Assembly: GCA_963727785.1 (NCBI GenBank)
Contig: CAVSHS010000018.1
Location: 17,439-81,438 of the forward strand
Source of the DNA: an uncultured Solirubrobacteraceae bacterium
GTDB taxonomy: Bacteria > Actinomycetota > Thermoleophilia > Solirubrobacterales > Solirubrobacteraceae
Direction: 5' to 3'
DNA: 64,000 nucleotides
In this document: piece after piece, positions 43,788-52,333 of the stretch
Numbering within the stretch: position 1 is the stretch's first letter
Layout: every line of letters starts with the position of its first letter
Position numbers and translations under genes: made by a program
The notes under the pieces: generated by a model
Told to the model about the DNA's origin: nothing
Seen by the model: the letters and a program-made list of their open reading frames with translations, nothing else
Databases searched by the model: none

Positions 43788-44465
43788 CCGCCACGGCCTC
43801 TGGCGCAAGGAACACGCGCGTCGTCCTCGTCGACGACCACGCGCTCTTCCGCGCGGGCGTGCGATCCGAGCTCGACGGGCTCGTCGACGTCGTCGGCGAC
43901 GCCGCGACCGTCGCCGAGGCGGTCGCGCTGATCCGCGAGCAGTCGCCCGACGTCGTCCTGCTCGACGTCCACATGCCCGACGGCGGCGGCCTGGCGGTGC
44001 TGCGCCAGATCGCCGGCGACGCGCCGGCGACGCAGTTCCTGGCGCTGTCGGTGTCCGACGCCGCCGAGGACGTCATCGCGGTCATCCGCGCGGGCGCGCG
44101 CGGCTACGTGACGAAGACGATCTCCGGCGCCGATCTCGCCGACGCCGTCCGGCGCGTGCACGAGGGCGACGCGGTCTTCTCGCCGCGCCTCGCGGGGTTC
44201 GTGCTCGACGCGTTCGCCGGCGCCCGCGCCGGCGGGCGGGCGGGGACGGATCGAGCGCGACGCCGAGCTCGACCAGCTCACGCCGCGCGAGCGCGAGGTG
44301 CTCCAGCACATCGCCCGCGGCTACATGTACAAGGAGATCGCCCAGCGCCTCGGGATCTCCGCGAAGACCGTCGAGGCGCACGTCTCGGCGGTGCTGCGCA
44401 AGCTGCAGCTCTCCAGCCGGCACGAGCTGTCGCGCTGGGCGGAGGCGCGGCGGATGCTCGACTGA
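43784..44465 (+). CDS. LuxR/NarL-family response regulator, apparent +1 frameshift about 44231-44250
   Basis: Receiver text RVVLVDDHALFRAG...DVVLLDVHMPDGGG. The C-terminal HTH in the next frame reads LTPREREVLQHIARGYMYKEIAQRLGISAKTVEAHVSAVLRKL. Span is 682 nt (3n+1). Confidence 0.85.
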
Positions 44466-44478
44466 CGTCCGGCGCCGC

Positions 44479-44808
44479 TCAGCGGCGGCGGCTGCGCAGC
44501 GTGCTGATCAGCAGCAGGACGGTCGCCGCGGCGGCGATCGCCGCCGGCACGGCGGGGCCGTCGAGCGTCGTGCGCAGCTTGCCGGTCGCCTCGGCCTGGA
44601 TCTGGTGCAGGTGCTCCTTGCGCTCCTCGACCTTCTCGTGCACCTGGGCCTTGATGTCGGCCTTGTGCGCCAGGGCCTCGACGGTCGCGCCGAGCTCCTC
44701 GCGCGTCTCCTCGATCTGCTCGAGCAGCGCCTCGCGCTCGCTCGGGATGTGATCCGGGGCGCCGTTCTCCTGCCCGGGCAGTACGCGATCCTGCTCTGAA
44801 GCGCTCAT
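44479..44808 (-). CDS. DUF3618-like small protein with C-terminal TM anchor
   Basis: Trimmed to the ATG at 44808. Text REALLEQIEETREELGATVEALAHKADIKAQV... plus the tail VPAAIAAAATVLLLISTL. Confidence 0.65.
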   Translation of the reverse strand: MSASEQDRVLPGQENGAPDHIPSEREALLEQIEETREELGATVEALAHKADIKAQVHEKVEERKEHLHQIQAEATGKLRTTLDGPAVPAAIAAAATVLLLISTLRSRRR

Positions 44809-44859
44809 TGCCCTGTCGGATACCCCCTGCGGCGCGCAAGCCAAACCGCGTCCTCGCGG

Positions 44860-46041
44860 CTATCGCTCCGACGAGCTCGCGACGAACAGCTCGGTCGCCT
44901 CGCTGAAGCCCTTCAGCCGCACCTCGCCGATGCGCTCGAAGTCCAGGTGCCCGCCCGCCGCCTCGACGACCGGCCGCGTGACGAGCACCTCGCCAGCGCC
45001 GGACCGCGCCGAGACGCGCGCGGCCTGGTTGACCTCGCGCCCGTAGTAGTCGCCGTCGCGGTAGAGGACCGTGCCGTAGTGCATCCCGATCCGCGGCAGC
45101 GGCCGCGTCCGGTGCAGCTGCTGGAAGCCGACCGCCCAGTCGACGAGCGCGGCCGGGTCCGTGGCGACGACCATGGCCTCGTCGCCGATCGTCTTGATGA
45201 TGCGGGCGTCGTCGGGCAGCGTGTGCTCGACGTCGGCGACGAAGCGCTCGACGATGTCGACCGCGTGCTCGTCGCCGAGCTCCTCCGTCATGCGCGTGTA
45301 GCCGGCGAGGTCCGCGAAGGCGACCGCCACGCGCACCTGGCCGAGGCCGAGGCGATCGCTCGGATCGAGCTCGGCCTCCATGTGGCCGATGACGTCCTGG
45401 TCGACGAAGTGGGCCAGCAGGCGCTTGTGGACGAGGTCCATCATCGGCGCGATGAGCGGCAGCAGGTCGGACGCGAGCCCCCGCATCTCCTCGGCCATCT
45501 CGACACCGGGCACGCCCTCGCGCATGAGCGGCTCGTGGACGTACATGTGAAACAGGCGCACTTCGGCGTCAGCGATCTGCGCGAGCGCCTGGCCGTGGAC
45601 GCGCACGAGCTGCAGGAAGGCGATGAGCGGCAGGCCCGCGGCCAGCACGGCGGCCGAGTGGCGCAGCAGCTCGAGCTCGCTGGTGGAGATCTGGTGGACG
45701 ACCGTCGCGGGCAGCCCGAGCGTCGTGAGGATGCGCTCGATCAGCGCCGGCTCGAGGCCCGTCTCCTCGGCCGCCTGCTCGAGCGTGTGCGTCGCGACGG
45801 CCGACGGGAAGAGCTGCGAGAGGTAGCCGAAGGCCAGCCGCCCGCTATCGCCCGCCGCGCGGATCTGCTCGAACGAATGGCCGCGCTCGCGCATGCGCGC
45901 GACGAGCCGCGCGTGCGCGACGACATCCGCGGTCCAGCTGCCGTCGTACTGCGGGATCAGCCCGCGCGCGACCCAGCGACGCAACGTCGCCGGCGTCGTG
46001 CCGATCTCACGGGCGACCTGCGCGGCTGAGGCCGGCGTCAT
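44860..46041 (-). CDS. MerR-type HTH fused to a class III adenylate/guanylate cyclase domain
   Basis: N-terminus AAQVAREIGTTPATLRRWVARGLIP (MerR-like HTH). C-terminus VAVAFADLAGYTRMTEELGD...IKTIGDEAMVV...RIGMHYGTVLYRDGDYYGREVNQAARV (cyclase homology domain). Confidence 0.85.
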   Translation of the reverse strand: MTPASAAQVAREIGTTPATLRRWVARGLIPQYDGSWTADVVAHARLVARMRERGHSFEQIRAAGDSGRLAFGYLSQLFPSAVATHTLEQAAEETGLEPALIERILTTLGLPATVVHQISTSELELLRHSAAVLAAGLPLIAFLQLVRVHGQALAQIADAEVRLFHMYVHEPLMREGVPGVEMAEEMRGLASDLLPLIAPMMDLVHKRLLAHFVDQDVIGHMEAELDPSDRLGLGQVRVAVAFADLAGYTRMTEELGDEHAVDIVERFVADVEHTLPDDARIIKTIGDEAMVVATDPAALVDWAVGFQQLHRTRPLPRIGMHYGTVLYRDGDYYGREVNQAARVSARSGAGEVLVTRPVVEAAGGHLDFERIGEVRLKGFSEATELFVASSSER

Positions 46042-46074
46042 GGGCCCATGATGCCCGAGACGCCTGCGCCGCTC

Positions 46075-46102
46075 GTGATCTACGGCGTTGCCCGTAGATC
46101 AC
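46075..46102. promoter_or_regulatory. perfect 11-bp inverted repeat GTGATCTACGG-N6-CCGTAGATCAC, 34 nt upstream of the MerR-cyclase start codon
   Basis: Seen directly. The position and dyad symmetry fit an operator, possibly for the MerR-like HTH of the downstream gene (inference). Confidence 0.5.
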
Positions 46103-46105
46103 GAC

Positions 46106-46131
46106 GACGGCGGGACCTTGGTCCCGCCGTC
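46106..46131 (-). terminator. perfect 10-bp GC hairpin GACGGCGGGA-ccttgg-TCCCGCCGTC downstream of the SCP2 gene
   Basis: Seen directly. About 150 nt after the stop of the 46282-46707 gene on the - strand. No U tract. Confidence 0.4.
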
Positions 46132-46281
46132 TGCGGGCGATAGGGCCCGCTGCCTCGGTCGGCGGCGCTCGTCTTCGTACCGGCGGCGCCTTGCGGATGG
46201 GGAAGCCACCCACTTTTCGACCTGGTAACGGAATGCATACCTTTCGACGCTCGCGCTGTCAACGGCGCTTAATGCAAACGG

Positions 46282-46707
46282 TCACACCTTCAGGTGCGGA
46301 TACTCCGCCTCCACGACCTCGCGGTACTGCGCGTAGACGGGCTTCGTGATCGGGATGAGCGCCAGCGCGGCCTTGACGTCGCCGCTGGTCTTGATGCGCC
46401 GGCGGGCGATCGCGATGGCGACGTTCTCCTTGCCCTGGAAGTACTTGTTGGCGACGTCGGAGTTCATCGTCATCTTGACCTTCGGCTTCCAGTCGATGTC
46501 GTCGTTCCACTGCCAGTACAGGCAGCCGTCCTCGTCCTCCTGCGCCGCGCGGATGTTGACGACCATGTCGACGTCCTCGAACTCGAAACGCTGCGGCACG
46601 TCGGCGTCGCGCAGCTTCGGGCCCATCTCCGGATCCTCGCTCATGAGCGTGAAGATGCGATCCATCACCACGCGGAACTCCTTGGAACCGTTGAACTCGG
46701 CACCCAT
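46282..46707 (-). CDS. SCP2 sterol-carrier-like domain protein
   Basis: Text FEDVDMVVNIRAAQ...KMTMNSDVANKYFQGKENVAIAIARRRIKTSGDVKAALALIP is typical of the SCP2 fold. Confidence 0.8.
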   Translation of the reverse strand: MGAEFNGSKEFRVVMDRIFTLMSEDPEMGPKLRDADVPQRFEFEDVDMVVNIRAAQEDEDGCLYWQWNDDIDWKPKVKMTMNSDVANKYFQGKENVAIAIARRRIKTSGDVKAALALIPITKPVYAQYREVVEAEYPHLKV

Positions 46708-46733
46708 GCTGCGACCTCCTTCGATAGCTGGCT

Positions 46734-47144
46734 CTAGGACCCGGCGGCGGGCGGCTCGCCCGTGGGCGGCTCGCCCGCGGGCTTGCTCGCGGGCGGCTTG
46801 CGCGCCCGCGGCGCGGGCTTCGCGCCGGCCGGAGCGCGGCGCTTCGGCGCCGCCTTGGGCTTGGGCTTAGGCTTAGGCTTGGCTTGCGGCTCAGGTTGAG
46901 GGTCAGGCTTCGCCTCGAGCGCGGCGACGCGCGCCGTGAGCGCCTTGATGTCGGCCCGCACGGCCTTGAGCTCGGCCTCCGTCGCCGGCCGCAGCTCGTC
47001 GACGGCACCGCGCAGCCGGCCGGCGGTGCTGCCGAGCTCGTCGAGCAGCTCCGAGATCCGCTCGCGTGGAATCTGCGTCTTGAATGCCTGATCGACGGCG
47101 TCTCGGACTGCGTCGGCGCGCGAGGTGCTCTTCTTTTTCGCCAT
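46734..47144 (-). CDS. coiled-coil protein with Lys/Pro/Ala-rich basic tail
   Basis: ATG at 47144 (MAKKKSTSRADAVRDAVDQAF...). Tail PEPQAKPKPKPKPKAAPKRRAPAGAKPAPRARKPPASKP. It is the only protein-like frame here. Confidence 0.65.
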   Translation of the reverse strand: MAKKKSTSRADAVRDAVDQAFKTQIPRERISELLDELGSTAGRLRGAVDELRPATEAELKAVRADIKALTARVAALEAKPDPQPEPQAKPKPKPKPKAAPKRRAPAGAKPAPRARKPPASKPAGEPPTGEPPAAGS

Positions 47145-47168
47145 GCCCCGATCATATGGCGCCCCCCG

Positions 47169-47873
47169 ATGCCCGTCCATATCCATCCCACCGCCACGCT
47201 GGCCGCGCGCGCCCTGCTGCCCGGCGACCCCGGTCGCGCGCTCGCGCTCGCCCAGCTCGTCCTCTCCGAGCCGAAGATGTTCAACCACAACCGCGGCCTG
47301 TGGGGCTACACCGGGACGGCCGCCGACGGCGAGCCGCTGACGATCCAGAGCACCGGCATGGGCGGCCCGAGCGCGGCGATCGTGCTCGAGGAGCTCTGCG
47401 ATCTCGGCCTCGAGGTCGCGATCCGCGTCGGCACCTGCGGCGCGCTGGACGGCGACCTCGCGCTGGGCGACCTCGTCATCGCCGACGCGGCGCTCGCGTC
47501 CGACGGGACGAGCCGCGCGCTCGGCGCGGACGGCCGCATCGCCGCCGATGCCCGGCTCGTCGCGGCACTGCAGGATGTCGCGGGCGCGGGCGCGCGCACG
47601 GGGACCGTGGCATCGAGCGACCTCTTCTACGAGCGCGATCGCGACCGTGCCGCCGGGTGGCGCGCGGCGGGCGCGCTCGCGATCGAGATGGAGGCCGCGA
47701 CGCTGCTGCGCGTCGGCGAGCTGCGCCGGATCCGGGTCGGCTGCGTGCTGGCCGTCAGCGACGTGTTCGACGCCGGCGGCGAGCGCCACCGGATCGACGC
47801 CGAGGCGCTGCTGAAGGCGACCGAGCGGCTCGGCCACGTCGGTGCGGGCGCACTCGGCGCCGGCGCGTCCTAG
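47169..47873 (+). CDS. nucleoside phosphorylase (PNP/UDP family 1)
   Basis: ATG at 47169. Text LLPGDPGRA...STGMGGPSAAIVLEEL...RVGTCGAL...EMEAATLL is typical of DeoD/Udp-type phosphorylases. Confidence 0.85.
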   Translation: MPVHIHPTATLAARALLPGDPGRALALAQLVLSEPKMFNHNRGLWGYTGTAADGEPLTIQSTGMGGPSAAIVLEELCDLGLEVAIRVGTCGALDGDLALGDLVIADAALASDGTSRALGADGRIAADARLVAALQDVAGAGARTGTVASSDLFYERDRDRAAGWRAAGALAIEMEAATLLRVGELRRIRVGCVLAVSDVFDAGGERHRIDAEALLKATERLGHVGAGALGAGAS

Positions 47874-48316
47874 CCCGAGACCTTCAGGCGTTCCTGGCGC
47901 GACGAGACCGGCTTCGGTACGCCGGGCAGCGCCGTGTGCAGCGCCGCGAGCTCCTTCGTGAGCGCGGCGATCTGCCCTTCGATCGCCTCCAGGCGCACGT
48001 CGATGCCCGACGCGGTCGCCGTGCCGGCAAGCCGCTCGTCGAGGCGGTCGATGCCGTCCTCGATGCCCTCCAGGCGCTGGGACACCGAACGCACCCGGCG
48101 CGTGAGGCGCTCGATGTCGCCCGCGGAGGGAAGCATCAGCGCGCCGAGCGCGGCCTCCTGCGCGCTGGAGGCCTTCTCCCGCGCATCGAATGCACGCTGA
48201 ATTGCACCCGCGATCAGCGGGTTCGCCATGAGGTCCTCGGCGAGCTTGCCCAGGGTGTCCTCGCCCTGCTTGGTCAGCCGCTCGCGCAGCCCTTCGGCGT
48301 CGTCGTGATCGCTCAT
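47870..48316 (-). CDS. phasin/PHA-granule-associated-like coiled-coil protein
   Basis: Text LMLPSAGDIERLTRRVRSVSQRLEGIEDGIDRLDERL resembles phasin-family helices. The assignment is tentative. Confidence 0.6.
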   Translation of the reverse strand: MSDHDDAEGLRERLTKQGEDTLGKLAEDLMANPLIAGAIQRAFDAREKASSAQEAALGALMLPSAGDIERLTRRVRSVSQRLEGIEDGIDRLDERLAGTATASGIDVRLEAIEGQIAALTKELAALHTALPGVPKPVSSRQERLKVSG

Positions 48317-48596
48317 CGGGGGGATTTTCCTCCTGATTGCCGGGGCGGACGGAGGCTAGCGCAGTACACCGTCCTCGCGAGCGCGCGTGTTGACGAGCGC
48401 CCGGCCGGGCCGCACCTTGCGGAGCCCGTCCTGGAGTCCCTGCGCCGCTCGCCGTGCAGCCCTTCCGTCCTCCGCACGCGGTTGGATGATCATTCGCCCG
48501 CAAAGGTCTAGGCGGGCTTTACGTCTGACGTCGATTCACGGTAGTGTGCCGCGCACGCGCATCGGGCTCGCGTATTGGGACACCTCCAGGGGGGAG

Positions 48597-51074
48597 ATGC
48601 AGGGACACATGCATGAAAAGCGTAGGCTGCTCATCGCCTTGGCCGTGACCGGTGGAATGACGGCCGGCCTGGGGACGTTCGCGTCTCCCGCGGGCGCCGT
48701 GGTCCGTACATTCCAGGTGACGCTCCTCGGCAACATCAAGAAGACCGTCACGCTGGACATCGGGGTCAACACCCCGCTTGACCAGGTCAGGATTCCCGGC
48801 CTCAACCTGCCGCTCCTGAGCATCGTCGAGACCACGCCGGCACAGGCGCCGCCCAGCGGCACGCCATCGCTGTCGATCAGGCCGACCGTGCCGAACGCTC
48901 CGACGACGGTCGCTCCGATCGTCCCGGGCGCCCCTGATGTCGAGAGCCCGGCCCAGACCCAGTCGAGCACGCCCGGCCAGAAGAAGGGCAAGCCTGCCGC
49001 TGTCCAGGCCGTCTTCGACTCCGCCGGTCGTCTTCGCAGCGTGCAGCTGCCCGAGCGCGCACGCCCCGCGAAGACCAAGCTGCGCTTCCCGAGTGGGCTT
49101 CCGACGCTGCAGAACCCGACGCTGTCCCTGGCAAGCATCGGACCCGTGCCAGTCGGCGTCCCGAACTTCTTCATCAACAAGTTCGCCATCCCGCCGTTCC
49201 TGCTGTCGATCTACCAGGCCGCCGGCATCCAGTACGGCATCCGCTGGGAGGTCCTGGCCGCGATCAACGAGATCGAGACCGACTACGGCCGCAACCTCAA
49301 CGTGTCCTCGGCCGGCGCGATGGGCTGGATGCAGTTCATCCCGTCGAGCTGGAAGCGGTTCGGCGTCGACGCCAACAACGACGGCAAGGAGGATCCGTAC
49401 AACCCGGTCGACGCGATCTTCGCCGCCGCCCGCTACCTCAAGGCCGCCGGTGCCGACACGGACCTGCGCAAGGCGATCTTCTCCTACAACCACGCGGACT
49501 GGTATGTCGACTCCGTGCTCATGCGGGCACGCTTCATCGGCGGCATGCCGTCCGACCTCGTCGGCTCGCTCAGCGGTCTGACGCAGGGCCTGTTCCCGGT
49601 CCATGCCGCGGCGCGTTACGCCGACGACATCTCCGAGCGCGAGGCCAACCGCCGCGTCGCACGTGGCCATAACGCCGCGCTGCCGATCGTGGGCAAGAGC
49701 ACCCGCCGGGCGATCAACATCTTCGCCAAGGCCGGCGCGCCGATCGTCGCCGTCCAGGACGGCAAGATCATCAAGGTCGGCAAGAACGCCCGCCTCGGCA
49801 AGTTCGTGCAGCTGCGCGACGTCTACGGCAACACGTACACCTACTCGGGCCTGAAGAAGGTCGCGACGCAGGTGCCGGTGCCGAAGAACACGCGTCAGAC
49901 CAAGGAGTCGATCGCCAAGGAGCTCGCGCTGCCGAAGGCCGATGCGGCCCCGACGGAGCCTGCGAGCGCCGGCACGACGGTCGACAAGGTCAAGGGCAAG
50001 GTGCAGGCCGCGGTCAAGGACACCACGCAGGTCGTCGAGCAGACGACCGACGTCGCGAAGGAGCGGCTGTTCGCCAACCCGACGCGCCCGAACGCCATGT
50101 CCGCCGGCGGCAAGCAGCAGATCATGGAGTCCGAGACCGCGTTCGGTGCGGGCATGAGCGTGAAGAACTACTTCACCGGCGTCTACGGCCTCAACCGCAA
50201 GGACGTCGTGCTCAAGCGCCTCGTCCCCGGTCGGCGCGTCATCGCGGGCACGATTCTCGGCCGCCTCGGCAAGGTGACTCCGGGCGTCGCTCCGCACGTG
50301 CTGTTCCAGATCCGGCCGGCCGGCCGCGGCGCGCCGCGGATCGACCCGAAGCCGATCCTCGACGGCTGGAAGCTGCTCGAGTCGACGGCGATCTACCGCG
50401 CACAGGGCAAGAACCCGTTCTTCGGGGAGAACTCCCAGGGCGCGACGATCGGCCAGATCCTGCTGATGAGCAAGGACGCCCTGATCCAGCGCGTCCTGGC
50501 CAACCCGCAGATCGAGATCTACTCGTGCGGCCGCCAGGACATCGAGAGCGGGGCGATCGATCGCCGCGTGCTCGCGACGCTCGAGTTCCTCGCGTCCTCG
50601 GGCCTGAAGCCGACGGTCACCGCGCTGCGCTGCGGCCACTCGTACTACACGACGGGCGGCAACGTCTCGCAGCACTCGTCGGGCAACGCCGTCGACATCG
50701 CGAAGATCAACGGCATCCCGATCCTGGGCAACCAGGGCGCGGGCTCGATCACGGACATCGCCGTCCGCCGTCTGCTGACGCTGCAGGGCACGATGAAGCC
50801 CGCCCAGATCATCACGCTGATGAAGTACGACGGGACTGACAACACGCTCGCGCTGCCAGACCACAACGACCACATCCACGTGGGCTTCCGCCCCGAGTTC
50901 GATCCGACGACGAAGGCCGGCAAGATCGCCGAGTCGGTCCTCAAGCCGTCGCAGTGGATCAAGCTCATCGATCGCCTCGGCCAGATCGACAACCCGACGG
51001 TGCAACTGCAGCCGTCGAAGTACGCGATCAAGGTCGACGCGTCGCGGGCGAGCCGGGCTCACAAGTCCGAGTAG
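48597..51074 (+). CDS. secreted three-module peptidoglycan hydrolase: SLT-type lytic transglycosylase, degenerate LytM (M23)-like domain and LAS/M15 (VanY-like) zinc peptidase
   Basis: ATG at 48597 after AGGGGGGAG. Signal peptide ...GTFASPAGA. SLT text EVLAAINEIETDYG...AMGWMQFIPSSW...AARYL. LytM-like APIVAVQDGKII...GTILGRLG...PHVLFQIRP without a clear HxxxD/HxH. M15 text SQHSSGNAVDI...DHNDHIHVGF. Confidence 0.85.
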   Translation: MQGHMHEKRRLLIALAVTGGMTAGLGTFASPAGAVVRTFQVTLLGNIKKTVTLDIGVNTPLDQVRIPGLNLPLLSIVETTPAQAPPSGTPSLSIRPTVPNAPTTVAPIVPGAPDVESPAQTQSSTPGQKKGKPAAVQAVFDSAGRLRSVQLPERARPAKTKLRFPSGLPTLQNPTLSLASIGPVPVGVPNFFINKFAIPPFLLSIYQAAGIQYGIRWEVLAAINEIETDYGRNLNVSSAGAMGWMQFIPSSWKRFGVDANNDGKEDPYNPVDAIFAAARYLKAAGADTDLRKAIFSYNHADWYVDSVLMRARFIGGMPSDLVGSLSGLTQGLFPVHAAARYADDISEREANRRVARGHNAALPIVGKSTRRAINIFAKAGAPIVAVQDGKIIKVGKNARLGKFVQLRDVYGNTYTYSGLKKVATQVPVPKNTRQTKESIAKELALPKADAAPTEPASAGTTVDKVKGKVQAAVKDTTQVVEQTTDVAKERLFANPTRPNAMSAGGKQQIMESETAFGAGMSVKNYFTGVYGLNRKDVVLKRLVPGRRVIAGTILGRLGKVTPGVAPHVLFQIRPAGRGAPRIDPKPILDGWKLLESTAIYRAQGKNPFFGENSQGATIGQILLMSKDALIQRVLANPQIEIYSCGRQDIESGAIDRRVLATLEFLASSGLKPTVTALRCGHSYYTTGGNVSQHSSGNAVDIAKINGIPILGNQGAGSITDIAVRRLLTLQGTMKPAQIITLMKYDGTDNTLALPDHNDHIHVGFRPEFDPTTKAGKIAESVLKPSQWIKLIDRLGQIDNPTVQLQPSKYAIKVDASRASRAHKSE

Positions 51075-51093
51075 CCACACGTCAGATACGGGA

Positions 51094-51982
51094 GTGACCG
51101 AAACCGCCGTGGCTTCCGAGTCGCGGCGGTTTCGCGTTGTGCAGTTCGAATTTCCCTGGGCGCTCGGTCCGCAGCCCGGCCGGTACACGATCCGCGAGCA
51201 TCTCGGCGAGCTGCCGGCGCACGTGCTCGTGCTGCGCGAGCTGGGCGCGCGCGAGCGCCGGCTGCTGGCCCGGCGCCGGGCGCGCGCGGTCGACGCGCCG
51301 CCCGACCCCGCGCCCGAGCCGGTCCTGACGTCGCGCGCGACGCTCGTCGACACCGCCGCCATGGCGGGCTACGAGACGGCGGCGCGCTGGCTGTCGTCCG
51401 CCGATCTCGACGCCCTGGCCGACGACGCGCTGGCGCGCCTGAACCGGGTGCTGCACGCGCATCGCCTCGCCTCCGCGGATCCGTACGCCCGCGAGGTCGC
51501 GCGCGAGCAGGCGCTCGTGGTGCGCGTCGGCTTCGGCGACGGCGAGCGGGTGGCGGAGGGCCGCTGGGATCGCGCCCGCGAGCTGCCGCGCGCACCCGCC
51601 GCGTCGCTGCGCCCGCGCGCCTCCGCGCTGCGCCCCCAGGAGCGGCTGGCCGCGCTGCTGGCGGGCCGCGACGCCGCGCTGGCCTGCGAGGAGCTCACGC
51701 TGCGCGTGCGCCTGGACGCCGACGCCGGCCGGTCGCGCGAGGCCGCGCTCGGCCTGCGGATCGCATTCGAGGCGGCGCTCGCCGAGCTCGAGCCCTGGCG
51801 CGACGCGGCCGGGCTGGCCCCCCGGCTCGAGGAGCTCCGCTCGCGCCAGCACCGAGGTCGACGCCGCAGCCGAAGCCGCGCTGCAGGCCGGGCTGGACGA
51901 CACCCAGATCGAAGCGACCGCCTCAATCCTGGGACGCCTCGAAGCGGCGCTGCGAGCGCGCGTCGCAGGCGAGCAGTTCTAA
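51094..51982 (+). CDS. hypothetical protein, apparent +1 frameshift about 51840-51848
   Basis: Protein-like text to ...LEELRS, then in the next frame STEVDAAAEAALQAGLDDTQIEATASILGRLEAALRARVAGEQF and stop. Span is 889 nt (3n+1). No motif recognised. Confidence 0.6.
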
Positions 51983-52133
51983 GCCACAGCGACAGGCGCG
52001 CCCGGCCAACTGCGAGGCCCCAAGCGCCCCTCTTCGCCCACGCCGGCAGCGGACGCCAGCGCCCCGCCCACAAGATCCGAGCCCACTTGCTCTCACCCCA
52101 GCGCGGCGAGCGGCGTGCCCCCTCGACGCTCCA

Positions 52134-52253
52134 CCGGCGGTGTTCCGGGCGTGTCCGGTTCCGGGAGGCTCTGGCGGCTACTGCGCAGCCCACGCCCTAC
52201 GGGAGGTCACACGTGGCCTCCCGGGACCGGAGCACCGCCCGGAACACCGCCGG
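52134..52253. repeat. 120-nt long hairpin: perfect 18-bp outer arms CCGGCGGTGTTCCGGGCG / CGCCCGGAACACCGCCGG plus near-perfect inner arms
   Basis: Seen directly in a convergent intergenic region. The inner arms TCCGGTTCCGGGAGGC / GCCTCCCGGGACCGGA differ at one position. A competing GGGAGG...CCTCCC hairpin exists in the loop. Confidence 0.65.
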
Positions 52254-52333
52254 CCACCAGCGCCAAAGCCTCAAACACCCACCAGCCTCACCAAAGCTTC
52301 AAACAGCCACCAACGCCACCAAAGCCTCAAGCT
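52254..52333. repeat. about 2.6 tandem copies of a 28-bp unit spanning the Sir2 stop codon
   Basis: Unit 52271-52298 and unit 52299-52326 match at 23 of 28 positions, with a partial copy at 52254-52270. On the - strand each full unit ends TGTTTGA. The first is the real stop of the Sir2 gene. Confidence 0.6.

Noticed and set aside
48317-48596. A cyclic-di-AMP (ydaO-type) riboswitch upstream of the cell-wall hydrolase, given that disA is nearby and such riboswitches often precede actinobacterial wall hydrolases.
   Set aside because: I could not find the conserved ydaO core elements (for example the ACAGCU-ACCUCG type segment or paired GGGG/CCC pseudo-symmetric arms) in the 280-nt leader.
52254-52333. 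A CRISPR-like array, suggested by the short direct repeats.
   Set aside because: The units are directly tandem with no spacers. There are only about 2.6 copies, one copy is coding sequence, and no cas genes are present.
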